NCBI RefSeq assembly: GCF_041146345.1
Contig: NW_027191406.1
Location: forward strand, 1,426,001 to 1,490,000
Length of the DNA stretch: 64,000 nucleotides
Direction: 5' to 3'
Origin: Neodothiora populina
Taxonomy: Eukaryota
Positions 49,229-61,826 of this stretch are shown piece after piece. The notes beneath the pieces were generated by a model. The model had not been told where the DNA came from and searched no databases. It saw only the letters and a list, made by a program, of their open reading frames with translations. The translations under genes and the position numbers were made by a program. Each line of letters begins with the position of its first letter. The stretch's first letter is position 1.

Positions 49229-50881
49229 TTAGGAAGCGAGGACGTCGGCCTTAACTCCGTCCACCTCCTCGGCGCGCAAGATCTCGGGGTCAGGGTTCTC
49301 GGGGATGGTCGCGGCGGTATCGGGGATAGGAGTGGTCTCTTGGACAACCTCGTGAGGGTAGGAGTGAGTGGGAGCACTGGGGAAGGGCTCGGTGCTGGGT
49401 GCAGCAGGAAAATCCTCCTTCTTGACGGAAGGAGCAGTGGCAGAAGTGGTAGAAGTGGTGGGAGTGGTGGTAGCTGGGGCAGAGCCGGTGGTTCTGGCCT
49501 TGGTCTGTCCGATCAGATCCTGGGCTTTGGCGGTGTACTCGCTGGCGGTGCTCTTGGCGATTTCGGTGGCGCGCGAAGTGTGCTGGGCAGCGAGATCACG
49601 GAATTGAGTGGTCTGCTGGTTGATAACCGTGCTGGCCTCGGAGAGCTTCTCATCAATGAGCTTCTGGTTCTTGATGTAGATCAGAGGGCCGAGGTAGACG
49701 ATCGAGGTAGCGATGAGAGCAAGTCCCCAGGTGGGAACGAACTTGACAAGCAAGTAGGCGAAGAGAGCGGAAGTGAAAGCAGCAATGGTGGCATAGATGT
49801 TCTCAACGAAGACGACTCTCTGGAACTCGATGACGAAAAAGTTGATGATCTGCTCGACATCATCGAGGCAAGCATCAAGGCTCTCGCGGCCAATGGTGTA
49901 GTACTTGCGGGGACGCATGCGGGAGGCAAGTCCGTTACCGAGGACAACCTTGCCGGCAACCTCAGCGGCAGCGGTGACTGTGATGGGTCAGATTCAAGTT
50001 GCTCAGACAAAACACAAGACATTCAGGCTACTCACTACCAAGGACAATGTAGAGAGCCTTGAAGACATATCTCAGGACAGGCACGTAGCGGAGGAAGAAG
50101 ATGGAGGTGACGATTGTGGCATATGAGATGCTCGTCACACGGGGGTTCTGCCAGCTCAAGATGTTGTAGAACATCGAGTGGTAGTGGGTCAGAGGCTGGC
50201 CAGTGGCCGTAGTGTGATCGGGCACTTTGCGAGAGTCCATGACGTTTCTGAACTCGTTGGCAGTCTTGTCCTTCTGTTGTGATTTGTCAGTGTCTGCGTT
50301 TGATAGCAGCGAAGGATTACAGTCGCTCGTTGGCAGAAACGAAGAAAGCGCCTGACTGACCTCGTCGTACACAGCCTGTGCGGCGGGACCGGAAGTAATG
50401 TTTTGTGTCATTGGGTGATTTGCGATCGAGTTGTATGCACCGGCAGCGTCTGCGCAAAGCGTGAGATTCTAGATTAATTGCAAAGGTGAGGAGAGGGCGA
50501 TGCGGTGTGACTGGTGATGGCAAATATATGTCAGTAAAACTTGGACCAGGAGGAAAGAGACAAACGTCGACAGATAAGAAGGCAGGAGCCAAGTTGTGCA
50601 GCTGTGCAGGCAGGCAGGGCAGGTGTGCAGCTAACTGTGCAGCCTCAGAGTGCCACATTGCACTATGGCAAGGCTGAAACCACCGTTTCAATTCCAAGCT
50701 CTCTATTCACTCTTGTCTTTCGCACTTGGTTGAAAAATACAGCTTTTGCGAGGCTTTGTTCTCTAACATCTATCTGATCTGTACACGACGCACTGGATTT
50801 CAAGCTCACCTTACTGTTGACAGCTGCGTCCTTGACGTTTGCCGCCTTCTGGCCCAAGTCTGGGTATGCTCCCTCAGACAT
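49229..50881 (-). CDS. RTN1: Reticulon-like ER-shaping protein, 4 exons; first intervening sequence is a nested stwintron
   Basis: Exons 50881-50815, 50449-50361, 50273-50036, 49977-49229. Motifs YHSMFYNILSWQNPRVT, AAEVAGK..MRPRKYY, INFFVIEFQR and two long hydrophobic hairpins. Confidence 0.9.
50450..50814 (-). other. [D5,6] spliceosomal twin intron (stwintron)
   Basis: External donor GTAAG|T is split by an internal intron GTGAGC..ACTGAC..CAG (50809-50511). Its excision rebuilds GTAAGT of a 66-nt external intron ending in GCAG at 50450. Confidence 0.8.
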
Positions 50882-53800
50882 TATTGCTGGCTTTGCTGAT
50901 AAGCTAGTCCGTCGATCGTTTTCAATAGAGATCTATAATGATCAAGAGCTTTTGGAATACTGCAGCTGAATGAACACTTGCTGTAGGTTTCAGGGATTCG
51001 TGAAGAGCGAAGAAAGATTCTTTTCGTGTTATAAGAAGAAGTTATTGTGTAGAGGCCAGAGAGCACGCGAGCAGGGAGAAAACAGTGCAAGAAAGCTATT
51101 GATGGAAACTGCGGCTCGTGCCCTGATTGTGACGCTGACGCTGTCAGCTCCAGCCTATGACGACACATTGGGAAACCGGACCTGTGTTTGTGTTTGCCAT
51201 TTCTCAACCTGAAATTCACACGAGCCAAGTAAATCGAGGTTACGAGTACTGTAGCAAGGTAAGGTGATCGCTGTGACTTGTTTGACGTGCTTGTAGCCGC
51301 ATGCCATATTCACTGTGTTGATCTGGTACCAGAAAGCGCGTGAGATTGGCATGATATTTGAGCACATGGACACTCTTGAAAATCTCTGTCACATGCAAAT
51401 TGGCTACTTGCTGAAATTGTACATTTTGAAGCTCAGCGCTTGCGACTGGGTTCATAAACACTGGTCACTCTATAGACTCAATCCCGCTCTCCATCACTGG
51501 TTCAATCATTGGCCATCACAAGGTTCATGATCTCCCGCGGCTCGCAGATCTGTGAATGATTTCACAGCTGTTCATGACTGTGGAGTTGATCAAAACACAC
51601 GAGCGCGTACACCAACCGTTTTTGTTGAATCATTCCCAAGTCATTGCTCGATTAGTCCAACGCTCAGACCGCCGGCAAGGCGAGACGAAGCAACCTTATT
51701 TCACTGCCCTCCGCGTTCCCCGTAGTGATGCATCTATTTATGATATTGTGAGGACAGGGTCCGTCCCCATGTTCACGACTTGAAAGCAGTCCCGCGACGG
51801 TGTGCAATGGACTGGACGGGTGTCCGCGATTGTATTCTGCCTTTGTATACTAGGTAGAGACTTGAGTCGGGAAGTTTTGGCCCTGAATGGCTGATGTGAG
51901 AGGTACCTTAGAGAGCCCACAGTATACGCGTGCACAACATTGTCCTGATTTATGCTCACCCTGACATATATCTCTTGCCGCATCGGATACCGTATGGACA
52001 CCTTCCATTCAGCGCACTATTGATTAATGCTCCCGCAAAGCAGGCAAGGTGGACTGGTACTGCTTGTGACACGGAAACTACCCAGGTCAGTCAGGTCGAC
52101 ATAGATATATTGATCTGTATCAATGTCTATACTCGACCAGGGTAGCCGTTTTGTGCTTCATGGAATCATTCGGCCAACTCTACCGAACAGCACGTCCATA
52201 CCTTAATTGAATAATCGTTATTGCACGGTGAGATAGATAACGACACGGAGATCAGTGCAGCAGATAGGCGAAGGCACATTCAATATCATCGAAAGTCGTT
52301 TTGTTCTTCAGTACTGACCCTGACTTGCCTTGTTTCACTGCTGGTTGTTGATAGATAAAATACTCTGAGCGATCTTGTCAAGATCGCCTGTTCTATATCC
52401 AGCCCGCGCAGCTACCTACTCGGTGATTGAGAGAGCCTGTACGAATTGTGAATGAATAGTGAACTTGCAATGACGCTTGAAATGGCACAATTATTGGAAA
52501 CGCAGGAAACCTTAGAACGTTCATTTCAAAAGGATCACTTCGCTTGGAGATATGCAGACACTGACTAACTTTTCAATGGCTGTCTACGAAAGGGCGTCAG
52601 TAGTCAATGTTTTATGCAAGCACGGCGAGGATTGGCGAGATGTGGAACACAGCGTCCTAATCGAGCCGTCTCACGTCGTTGCTCTGCTAGAGACTATCAG
52701 ACTTGACAGCCGCCCAAAGGGCGATGGTAGCAAGCAAGGCAATCGCTGTCTGCAAGATACGTGGAAAAGTATGACTGACAGGTGAGCCATGGAAATATGA
52801 CACCCGTGTAAATCGATGTTCAGATCGGTCGCCTGATCCTTCCACAAGGGCAAACGCTGATTGGTCGTATCAAACCTCACTCGGGGCTTCTTGAGTCTCC
52901 ATCGCTTCACCTCTCTGATTGAAATGACAAAATGTCGATGAATATTACATTTCAATTCTTCAGTTCCACATCGATCGTGATTTTTGGCTTTCATGTCAGC
53001 CGATGGTCATTAGATTGAGTGCATGATATGTTTCTCCCAGCTTTGACCCTCGGCGAAGGTCTGTATACCAAAAGCAATTTAATGGAAAGAAGAGAGAATA
53101 TTGAGATGCAACATGATAGCCCGGGCGACACTTGTGAACCGCAGGATCATGCCAAGCTACTGTGGCGAGAATCAGGGATTGGCCATAGTAGTAGACATTG
53201 AGAGGCATACCTTTACCCTTTGGGACACCGTGGTTGGTTTGCGGCAATGCTGCTCACCCATGTTCAGGCTGCAGTAGGCAACAACATAACATGTGCTATA
53301 AGAAATCTCGTACCCACTCTAGCATACTTAGCATATTCTTTTCCCTCATTATATCATTCATAAGCCAGACACTTGTGTTGGACAGTCCATGAGTACAGGT
53401 GCGTCTTGTATGCTATGTTGAGACATTGCGTAGCTCCGTCATTGACTTGTGATGGCGGTCGTTATCTTGTGTATATGCATCCTGAGATCATATATTAAAA
53501 TCACATGCAATTGCTCGACAGTGGTTCGGACAATCAAGGCTACATGCGGCACAGGCTGGCGGTAGAATGGTATCTGTGAAGGCTCCAGATACGCGGATAC
53601 GCGCGATCGTCAAGGAAAAAGAAACCTCTACACAGAAAATGACACACAGATTAAGTAGCTGGCGCGCGCTGGCTGTCTCGGAGACCTCGGCGGCTGCCGG
53701 CCAACCGAGGGCTCCTTCCTAACATGGAAGACTAGTCCACCATCGTCACAGATACGCGGGCCTTGAGGACATCGCTGCAAATCACCCCACAAGTGGCGGA

Positions 53801-54634
53801 GGAAGATTATTCCTTCGAGGCGACAGATCTTGAGTAACAACAGGAATCTGTACGGCGGAAGATCAGACATGGGTTGTCGAGATCAATCGAGTCCTACGAC
53901 AGGTTCCTGTCGACGCTTATCAATGCCACCCCCACGAGCGATAGACTGATATTAGCTCCTTTGTTCTGGAATTATGCAATTGAGCAGCACTACGACAACG
54001 AAGCCCTGCTTGCCGACATGTGGAACGCCACTGAATCTTTCGCGAATCTCCACCGAAGGCACACCAAACCATATACTCTCAGGGCGGAAGTGTTCATAGG
54101 TACGTTCGTAGAGGGATATTTTTATCGCGAGATTTAGTAGAGTTGAAACAGATACGAGCAACGCACGTGCCGTACTCGTCTACGACCCAGCGGTCGATAC
54201 CAAGGGAGGCGTTTGCTTAAGGGATAAGAGAAGCAGGCGGGGAAGAAGCTTGACAGGTCTTCGCAAGCGGCATGAAGGCTCGGCCACGGCGTCCAAGCAA
54301 CCATCCGAGCCATGGCAGGGTCAAATCAAAGCTTGTTCGTGGAGTCGAACCAAAGCCTTCGACTAACCTTGCATTCACCAAACCTTTGCAGCTATCGAGC
54401 CCACTATCGAAGGAATCTAGACAGTATCCGCCAACCTCAGGTGATCCAGTCGAGGTTCTTCCGACCGGACTCGCTTGCCATTGATCGTCTGCTATACAGC
54501 AATAAGGCACGCCCTCTGTTACACCAAGCTGCATGCTTTAGTGATTAAGCACGGATCCCCGGCACGCAAGTGCTGGGTCGCGCAGGATGGATAGGGATGG
54601 TGCCTCCCATACACCTGAGATTATTGGCGGCCGC

Positions 54635-54949
54635 TGATAGCTCATCGTAACCACAGCCAATGAAGCAGCTATCTGAGAGAGTGAAATTCCCGATAGTAAA
54701 GTTCCAGACCTCTCTAACGCAGATTGACTGATGCTTTCCTAGTCAGCTTCATGTCCCTCCCAGGAAGGTGGGTCGATAAGTTACATGGCGTAGTCGCAAA
54801 TTGCCACTCGATATTCCTGGCTAAATTGACGAGCCCTATGTCTTATCTCGACCTTTGCGTTCAGACCAATGGAAACTCACCATACTACTGCGTTGTTATC
54901 TAGAGAGTCCAAAAGCACCTGCCATTAACATCAAGATGGCGATAGATAG
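54635..54949. promoter_or_regulatory. Cluster of 8 HGATAR (GATA factor, AreA-type) sites upstream of the OPT gene
   Basis: Sites at about 54635, 54669, 54691, 54774, 54843, 54896, 54940 and 54944; roughly one expected by chance in 315 bp at uniform base composition. Confidence 0.6.
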
Positions 54950-55104
54950 CACGCCAGGCGAATATACTGGCTTAAATGGTAAAGTTCACAGTCGAGAGCG
55001 ACATAAGAGGCATCATCCCTGCTGTTCTTCAGGCTTGAATCACTCATCGTACTCACTTGGCCCCAATTCTATCTGTTTCCTGGCTATTTGAGTCTGTCGC
55101 AGAT

Positions 55105-57731
55105 ATGCCTTCCAAGTGGGGCTTCGGCAGCAAGCCGCAACCAGACCCAGTTTCAATCATCGGCGAAGATCCGACACATCCACATGGCAATGCTGAAATT
55201 GTCTCGTCTGGCTCTGGCTTCGAGCTCAGACCTGGATCTGGGTCCGGGTCGATGAAGAAGGTCAGCGTTGACATACCACAGAAAGGTTTCCAAAACTCTT
55301 CCGCCGAGGAGCTCGCGGAAGAGGAAGCAGCACGCCGTCTGAAGGCCTTCAAGAGAAGTGCTGCATGGGATCCTAACATTGAAGACGGCGACCTGGAAGC
55401 CGTGGATAACGCTGTGGAGAACCATGATACCAAAGGCGAGAACATCTTGGTGGGAGAACTCGTCGAAAACTCCCCTTACCCTGAGGTATGTTTCAGAGTA
55501 TGAACATGAAAATTCACGTACTGACAGTACAAGGTTCGTGCTGCGGTACGCAACTACGACGTTGACTTGCCTTGCAACACCATTCGCGCATGGACAATCG
55601 GCATGATCATGACTACCATTGGCTCAGGCATGAACATGCTTTTCTCTATGCGTTCGCCCTCGATCACAATCACATCCGTTGTTGCTCAATTGGTTTCGTA
55701 CCCTGTGGGCGTCGGCTGGTCATACATCTTCCCCGATCATGAATTCCAGATTGGCCGTGTCAAGTTCAACTTCAATCCAGGTCCTTTCAACTACAAGGAA
55801 CACGCGCTGATAGTCATCATGGCCAATGCATCCTACGGTGGTGGCGCGGGCTACTTTACCGATATCCTCCAGGCACAAGTAGGATTTTACGGTTTCGACT
55901 GGGGCTGGGGATTTGCCATTCTTTTGTCATTCACGACGCAATGTGTTGGTTTTGGCCTTGCTGGTCTGTTCCGCCGATGGCTCGTGGAGCCTGCTCAGAT
56001 GATCTGGCCCCAGAACCTTGTGTCTACCACGTTCATGTATACCCTGCACGATCACTCCAAGACTGATCCCGAGAAGTGCAATGGATGGAGCATCAGTCGT
56101 TACAGATACTTCTTCTACGTCTTCGTTGGTGCATTCGTATGGTACTGGTTCCCTGGTTGGATCGCTCAGTTTTTGAGCGTCTTCGCTTGGATAACCTGGA
56201 TCGCGCCCAACAACGTCACCGTCAACAAGATCTTTGGAGGTGTCAGCGGCATGTCTCTGCTTCCTATGACATTCGACTGGACCCAAGTGACTGGATACGT
56301 TTTCTCGCCTCTCATCGCTCCTTGGCACGCCATCATGAACACACTGATCGGTATGGTGATTTTTTACTGGATCACTGCAGCTGGTATTCATTTCTCAGGA
56401 ACCTGGTACGCCGAGTACCTGCCCTTCAGTGACTCTAGCTCCTATGACAACACGGCCAACACCTACAATGTCTCCCGCATTCTGACTCCAGAATATACTC
56501 TCGACATGGCCAAGTACAAGGAGTACTCGCCTTTGTATCTCTCGACCACATTCGCCCTCTGCTACGGTCTCTCTTTCGCCGCTATTTCTTCGGTCGTGGT
56601 TCACGTTGCTCTGTTCCATGGACGCGACGTCTGGGATAGACTGCACGACACCAACGGCACTCTCGATGATATCCATGCAAAGATGATGCGCAAGTACAAC
56701 CCCATCCCATGGTGGTGGTTCATGGGCATCCTCGTCCCCTGCATCGGCGGGTCTTTTGCAGTCATCTATGGCTGGCCGACCGGCATGTCGTGGTGGTCAC
56801 TCATCATCGCCTTCCTCATCTCGACCGCGTGGATGATTCCTATCGGCATGGTTCAAGCCATCACCAACGTCCAGCTCGGACTCAACGTCTTCACGGAGTT
56901 CCTGATCGGTTATATGCAACCTGGCAAGCCCAACGCAATGATGTTGTTCAAGACGTATGGTTACATTACGATGACTCAGGGTCTCTATTTTGCAGAGGAC
57001 ATGAAGCTAGGTCACTACCTGAAGCTGCCCCCAAGAACCATGTTCTTCGGACAATTGATCGCCACGCTCTGGAGTTGTGTCGTGCAAATTGCCGTCTTCT
57101 ACTGGGCAATGGGGGCATTCGAGGGCATTTGCACTCCTCACCAGTCCAATCACTTCACCTGCCCTGGTGGTAGAGTGTTCTTCAATGCCTCGGTCATCTG
57201 GGGTCTCATTGGTCCACAGCGTATCTTCTCCGGCGGCGCGCTGTATCAGAACCTGCAGTGGTTCTGGCTCGCAGGTGCCATCCTCCCCGTCCTCATCTAC
57301 TTCGGAGCCCGCAAGTGGCCCAAGTCTGGCCTCCGTATGCTCAGTGCTCCCCTCATCTTCGGTGGTACTGGACAGATTCCTCCAGCCACCCCGCTCAACT
57401 ACTTGTCCTGGGGCATTGTCGGCATGTTCTTCAACTACTTCATCCGTAACCGCTGGAGAGGATGGTGGATGCGCTTCAACTACATCACCTCAGCTGGACT
57501 GGATGCCGGCCTTGCCATCTCGACCATTCTCATTGTGTTGACACTGAGTCTGACACAAACCTCCCCTCCTCAGTGGTGGGGCAACAATGGTAAGTCGATG
57601 ACGAGAATAAGAGGATCATATTGCACGTTGCTAACTTCACTTTAGGTGCTCTCGAGACCATGGACTACCAAGACACGGCGATCAGCCACGTCCTGGGCGA
57701 GGGCGAGACGTTTGGCCTTACTTCGTGGTAG
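55105..57731 (+). CDS. OPT-family oligopeptide transporter (Isp4/Opt-like), 3 exons
   Basis: ENSPYPEVRAAV across intron 55486-55533, NPGPFNYKEH, MIWPQNL, DMKLGHYLKLPPR, ASVIWGLIGP; intron 57590-57645; ends FGLTSW. Confidence 0.95.
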
Positions 57732-58327
57732 TGCGACGGGCTTACGAAAATGGAGGGAAGCATCCAGACTAGGAGGTTGAACGTTTGATAATCTGTCATT
57801 CGCTGCGACCATACACGAGGTAGACGAGTTTAATGTCCCCTTGACGATCTATATAGTACACGTCTTTCACTATCTTAGAGGCGTCTCGAGTTTACCATGA
57901 TTTGCACTCCCCGTGGCGCCCTTGATGTGCTCGTTGCTAGAATGCACGCGTTGTGCAGAGTCGGCACACAGAACTGCCAGTGCCGGTGTGGCGTGACGAG
58001 ACGGCGCGGGGAAGCGCTGATAGATAAGATGCGGCAGCTACCGATAGCTGAGTGTGTCTGCGCCTGCCAGGGCAAGATCATCCAATGAAACGGCATATTC
58101 TATATCTGACCGTACATGATTCGACATGGCCCAATATGATACTTTTTAATATGATATGGTAGGATGACACCTTACCTTAGCTTTTGATACAATAGCCGAA
58201 CCCCAGAAGAAGCAGGTGGGGAAAAGAGATGACGCCATCTTTTGGTTGTCAAGTCCGTCACTTCCCCGACACCATCTTTATTCCTCTCCAAGGTGATCAC
58301 ATAAGCCTGTGTATACCTTTGTAATAC

Positions 58328-58334
58328 TTAGTAA
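58328..58334. promoter_or_regulatory. Yap1/AP-1 response element-like TTAGTAA upstream of the GST
   Basis: Exact TTA(C/G)TAA about 140 bp upstream of ATG 58474. Confidence 0.45.
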
Positions 58335-58473
58335 ACATTCACGGACTTGATCTATTGGTCTCACCGCTCCTGCTCTTCGGTCTTCGTTTGGGTCCCGTCA
58401 TCCTCCGTGTCGTGGCTATATTATAGACTTCCAATAGTCCACTGCAGAGGTATTCAAGACCATCACATTCACA

Positions 58474-59316
58474 ATGGCTTCCTACACCAACAACACGACC
58501 AACGGCGAGAACAAGGGCGTCCAGCCCAAGATCACTCTCTACACCAACCATGGCTGTCCCTTTGCCCACCGCGCTCACATTGCCCTCAAGGAGCTGGGCT
58601 TCGAGTACGAGGAAGTCATCATTGATCTGGACACCCCGCGCGAGCCATGGTACGCTGCCGCCCTTGTATCCTGCCGTGAAAAGAGGCATTGCTGACATCA
58701 ACACTGCAGGTACCTCGAGATCAACCCTCGCGGTCTTGTGCCCTCGATAAAGTACTCGGTGCCTGGACTGTACGAAGACGAGATCATCACCGAGTCAGCC
58801 ATTGTCGCCCAGTTCCTCGCCGACGCCCGACCTTCTCATCTTCTGCCTTCGTCATTGCACGATCCTTTCGCCCCTCTCTTCCGCGCCAGAATCAACTTCT
58901 TTGTCGACACGTGGAACACCAAGGTCCAGCCTTCCTTCTACCCGATCCTCACCGCCTCGGACGACGAGAAGGAGGCAAAAGCCCAAGACATAGTCAAGGC
59001 CATCGAGAAGGAGATTGAACCTCTGCTGGCCAATGCCAATCCCTTCTTCAATGGCAGCGAGAAGATGACGCTCGCTGAAGCCATTGTTGCACCTTTCCTG
59101 CTGCGATTCTATGCTTTGAGCAACGGAGACTTGTTGCCCAAGAGCGTCAAGGAGGGCATCCAGAAGCTGCCCAACACGGGCAAGTGGGCGGAGAAGGTGC
59201 TTGCTCAGGAGAGCGTGCTCTACATCTGGAACGAAAAGAACGTCGTTGAGAGGACCGGCATGAGAATCGCCAAGATGAAGGAACAGAAGGCTGCCGCCGC
59301 CAACAAGTTGCCATAA
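58474..59316 (+). CDS. Glutathione S-transferase (omega-like, CPF active site), 2 exons
   Basis: LYTNHGCPFAHRA; intron 58650-58709 restores PWYLEINPRGLVP; ITESAIVAQFL; C-terminal helical domain with TLAE. Confidence 0.92.
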
Positions 59317-59843
59317 TTACAATGATGATGACTGTGACGATGTAGCAGATGATCGATATATCTATGAATATGAACCTGAATATCACCGATGGAGAAGCCG
59401 CACGTGGCATAAACAGTTTCATAATAATGCATTGCACATGTCCGACGCACGGACACCGAAACGCGTTGCACAAGGGTATCATTCCCCAGCTTTTGATCTT
59501 CTAGCGCGACAGATTCACGTCTTCCAAGAACTAGCGACCGCCGGAAGAATAAATATATTTTCTTTGGAACACTAGCATGCTCCTGTACAGTTATCCTGCC
59601 GGCAATTCTATAGGATGTCTTCGACAGCCTCGCGACAGATCCGGCGTGTGTGACATTGCATGTCATGACCAGCTTCAACTGTCTTTTTGCTTGCAAGTGA
59701 ATTAGCTTGATTTCGGGCGTCGTTCAAATAAGGTCTCGCTTGTGGTTTATATGTCTGAGTAGACCAATTGGATTACCTGTATTGTGAGAGCGGAAGGATA
59801 CGAGTCTCTCCTCTCACTGTATGCCTATACAAGCATACACACC

Positions 59844-60818
59844 ATGGCCTTGTTCACAAAATACGTGAAGCCAAGTTCTCTGAACCTGATGCCAAGATTC
59901 AGTCCTCACGGACGGCTCGATTGCTCAAACAGGCTCTTTTCTGCCTCTGGCCATGCCCGCTCATCGAGGCCGACGAAATCCCCCGATGGCTCGGCATCTT
60001 TGGCCATCACAAAGGACGTCCCAGGACAAAACGGCATCAAACCAAAACTATACCAGGGACTACTCCAAAGATGCCAAGGAGGCACCTTTCCTCTGAACGA
60101 AAGAAGGTTACCGAACGGAATCATCTACTACCGCGTCGTAATGGGCCAGTGCAAATTCAACGTGCCCTACGAGATGATCCAGTCCTGGCAGATCGAGCGC
60201 CTGCCCAAAGATCAACGCACCTTGCGCATGACCCTCGACGTCCGCGACGACGGCATGCACGAGCGTGCATACGCGAAACTGGCCATCCTGGGCGACGACG
60301 CCGCGAGACTGGGCATCCGCGTGTCCATGGACGGGTTCGAGCCCATATGGCTGTCCAGCGACAAGCCTTCGTCCGTGGCCGTCGCGAATGGCCTGGTGGA
60401 CTTCATGACTGGCAAGGTCACGAGGCCGTTGAGCCATAATTGGGGCGCGAGCCGGTTTCCTGTCTTCAGCTCGTTGGGGTCGATGGTCTCGTCGCGGTCG
60501 TGGGATCAGTGCTTCAAGAACCCGAGTGCTCGACAACAGGCCTTGATCGCTGGCGTCACAGACGACAGACTGGTCCCTAGATGGACGCTGGCTCCTCGGG
60601 GAGAGCGCTTATTGTCGGGTCTCAGAGCTAGCACGGTGAACAAAGAGGAGCTGAAAGTGCTCGATTTCGCTAATGATTACTGGCGAGCGTTTGGCTTTAT
60701 CCCTGGCGGGATTTTTTGTTTTGATAAGGCTACGCAGGAGCTTGAACTTTGGGCTGATGCTGTAGACCGCATGAACGCCATCAACGCGATGAATGAGGAC
60801 AACAGTATCGTGGATTGA
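59844..60818 (+). CDS. Hypothetical protein (~324 aa), possible mitochondrial presequence
   Basis: ATG in good ACCATGG context, long ORF rich in C/G-ending codons, Arg/Ser-rich N-terminus poor in acidic residues; no recognised domain. Confidence 0.6.
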   Translation: MALFTKYVKPSSLNLMPRFSPHGRLDCSNRLFSASGHARSSRPTKSPDGSASLAITKDVPGQNGIKPKLYQGLLQRCQGGTFPLNERRLPNGIIYYRVVMGQCKFNVPYEMIQSWQIERLPKDQRTLRMTLDVRDDGMHERAYAKLAILGDDAARLGIRVSMDGFEPIWLSSDKPSSVAVANGLVDFMTGKVTRPLSHNWGASRFPVFSSLGSMVSSRSWDQCFKNPSARQQALIAGVTDDRLVPRWTLAPRGERLLSGLRASTVNKEELKVLDFANDYWRAFGFIPGGIFCFDKATQELELWADAVDRMNAINAMNEDNSIVD

Positions 60819-61826
60819 TTGGGGATGACGACGAGTCGATTGAGCATAGCTGTTCCACGAACATGCGCATGTCATGTTCGAGCCAGTCAAAGGTACCCAC
60901 GGAAGCCCGTGTCTACTGAGATTAGATCGAGACTGACGGCCCCTGTTCCCTCGATTGTGCAGGACAGCGAAGTAACTGTCGATTGCTTGCCCGTCCTGGT
61001 CAACGAACCAGAGCTGCTCGAAACCCACAAGCACAACCAGCCCGAGACAACAAGCAGATCCTCACTTGTCACTTTCTCTCGAGCAGACTCCAAAGCAACG
61101 GGATGCGAGATCCTATACCGACAGCATCTACTCCATCTCCTCGATCCAAGCATACCAGGAGAGAGGGTGCGTGTGAATGGACGGAACAACACGCCATGGG
61201 AGGGAGCCACTGTTCACCCCCAGCGCAGCAGCTCCACACAATACACATCACCGCGACAACTCATCCGTAGAAAAATGGACGTAGGAACGTTACCCTCCCC
61301 CGATAGGTGGAGAGAACGCATGGATGTGGATCCCGGGGAGCTGACATGTCGCGTATCACATACTGTGAAAAGCAGGCTTTCACAGTGCGAGGGTATGAAG
61401 AAATAGATGAAGAGAGATTAGGGCGATTGGAGACTGCAGGTCCTGTTTCCTTTCTTGCTGTTCGGTCATGGCGGATGAGCTGTGGGACTCGGCATGGAAC
61501 GCCAACGCGGCTGTGAGGACGAAAGATGCATTCTTGCAACTACATTGCGTGGTCTCCATCTGCATGTGCCCGTATATATATACAAGGGCATATCTCCAAT
61601 CAGTCAATCGATGACGATATAAACAATGAAACTAGCAAAAATGAACATCATCATTCGGCGAGGTCTACTACAATGTACAAACAACGCACACACTTCACAA
61701 AGCACAAAGCAAACAAGGAACCAGAGATCTAACAGAGCGAAGAGGCTTTTTTTTTCTTCACTATAGACTCTCCGCGCAACGCCTCTCCACCCTACCACTA
61801 CCCCTCATCCTCACTTCATCATGCCC

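Noticed and set aside
60819..61516. 195-aa ORF directly after the orphan stop, and nearby short ORFs
   Set aside because: No domain, and a TTG start abutting the upstream stop; likely UTR or intergenic.
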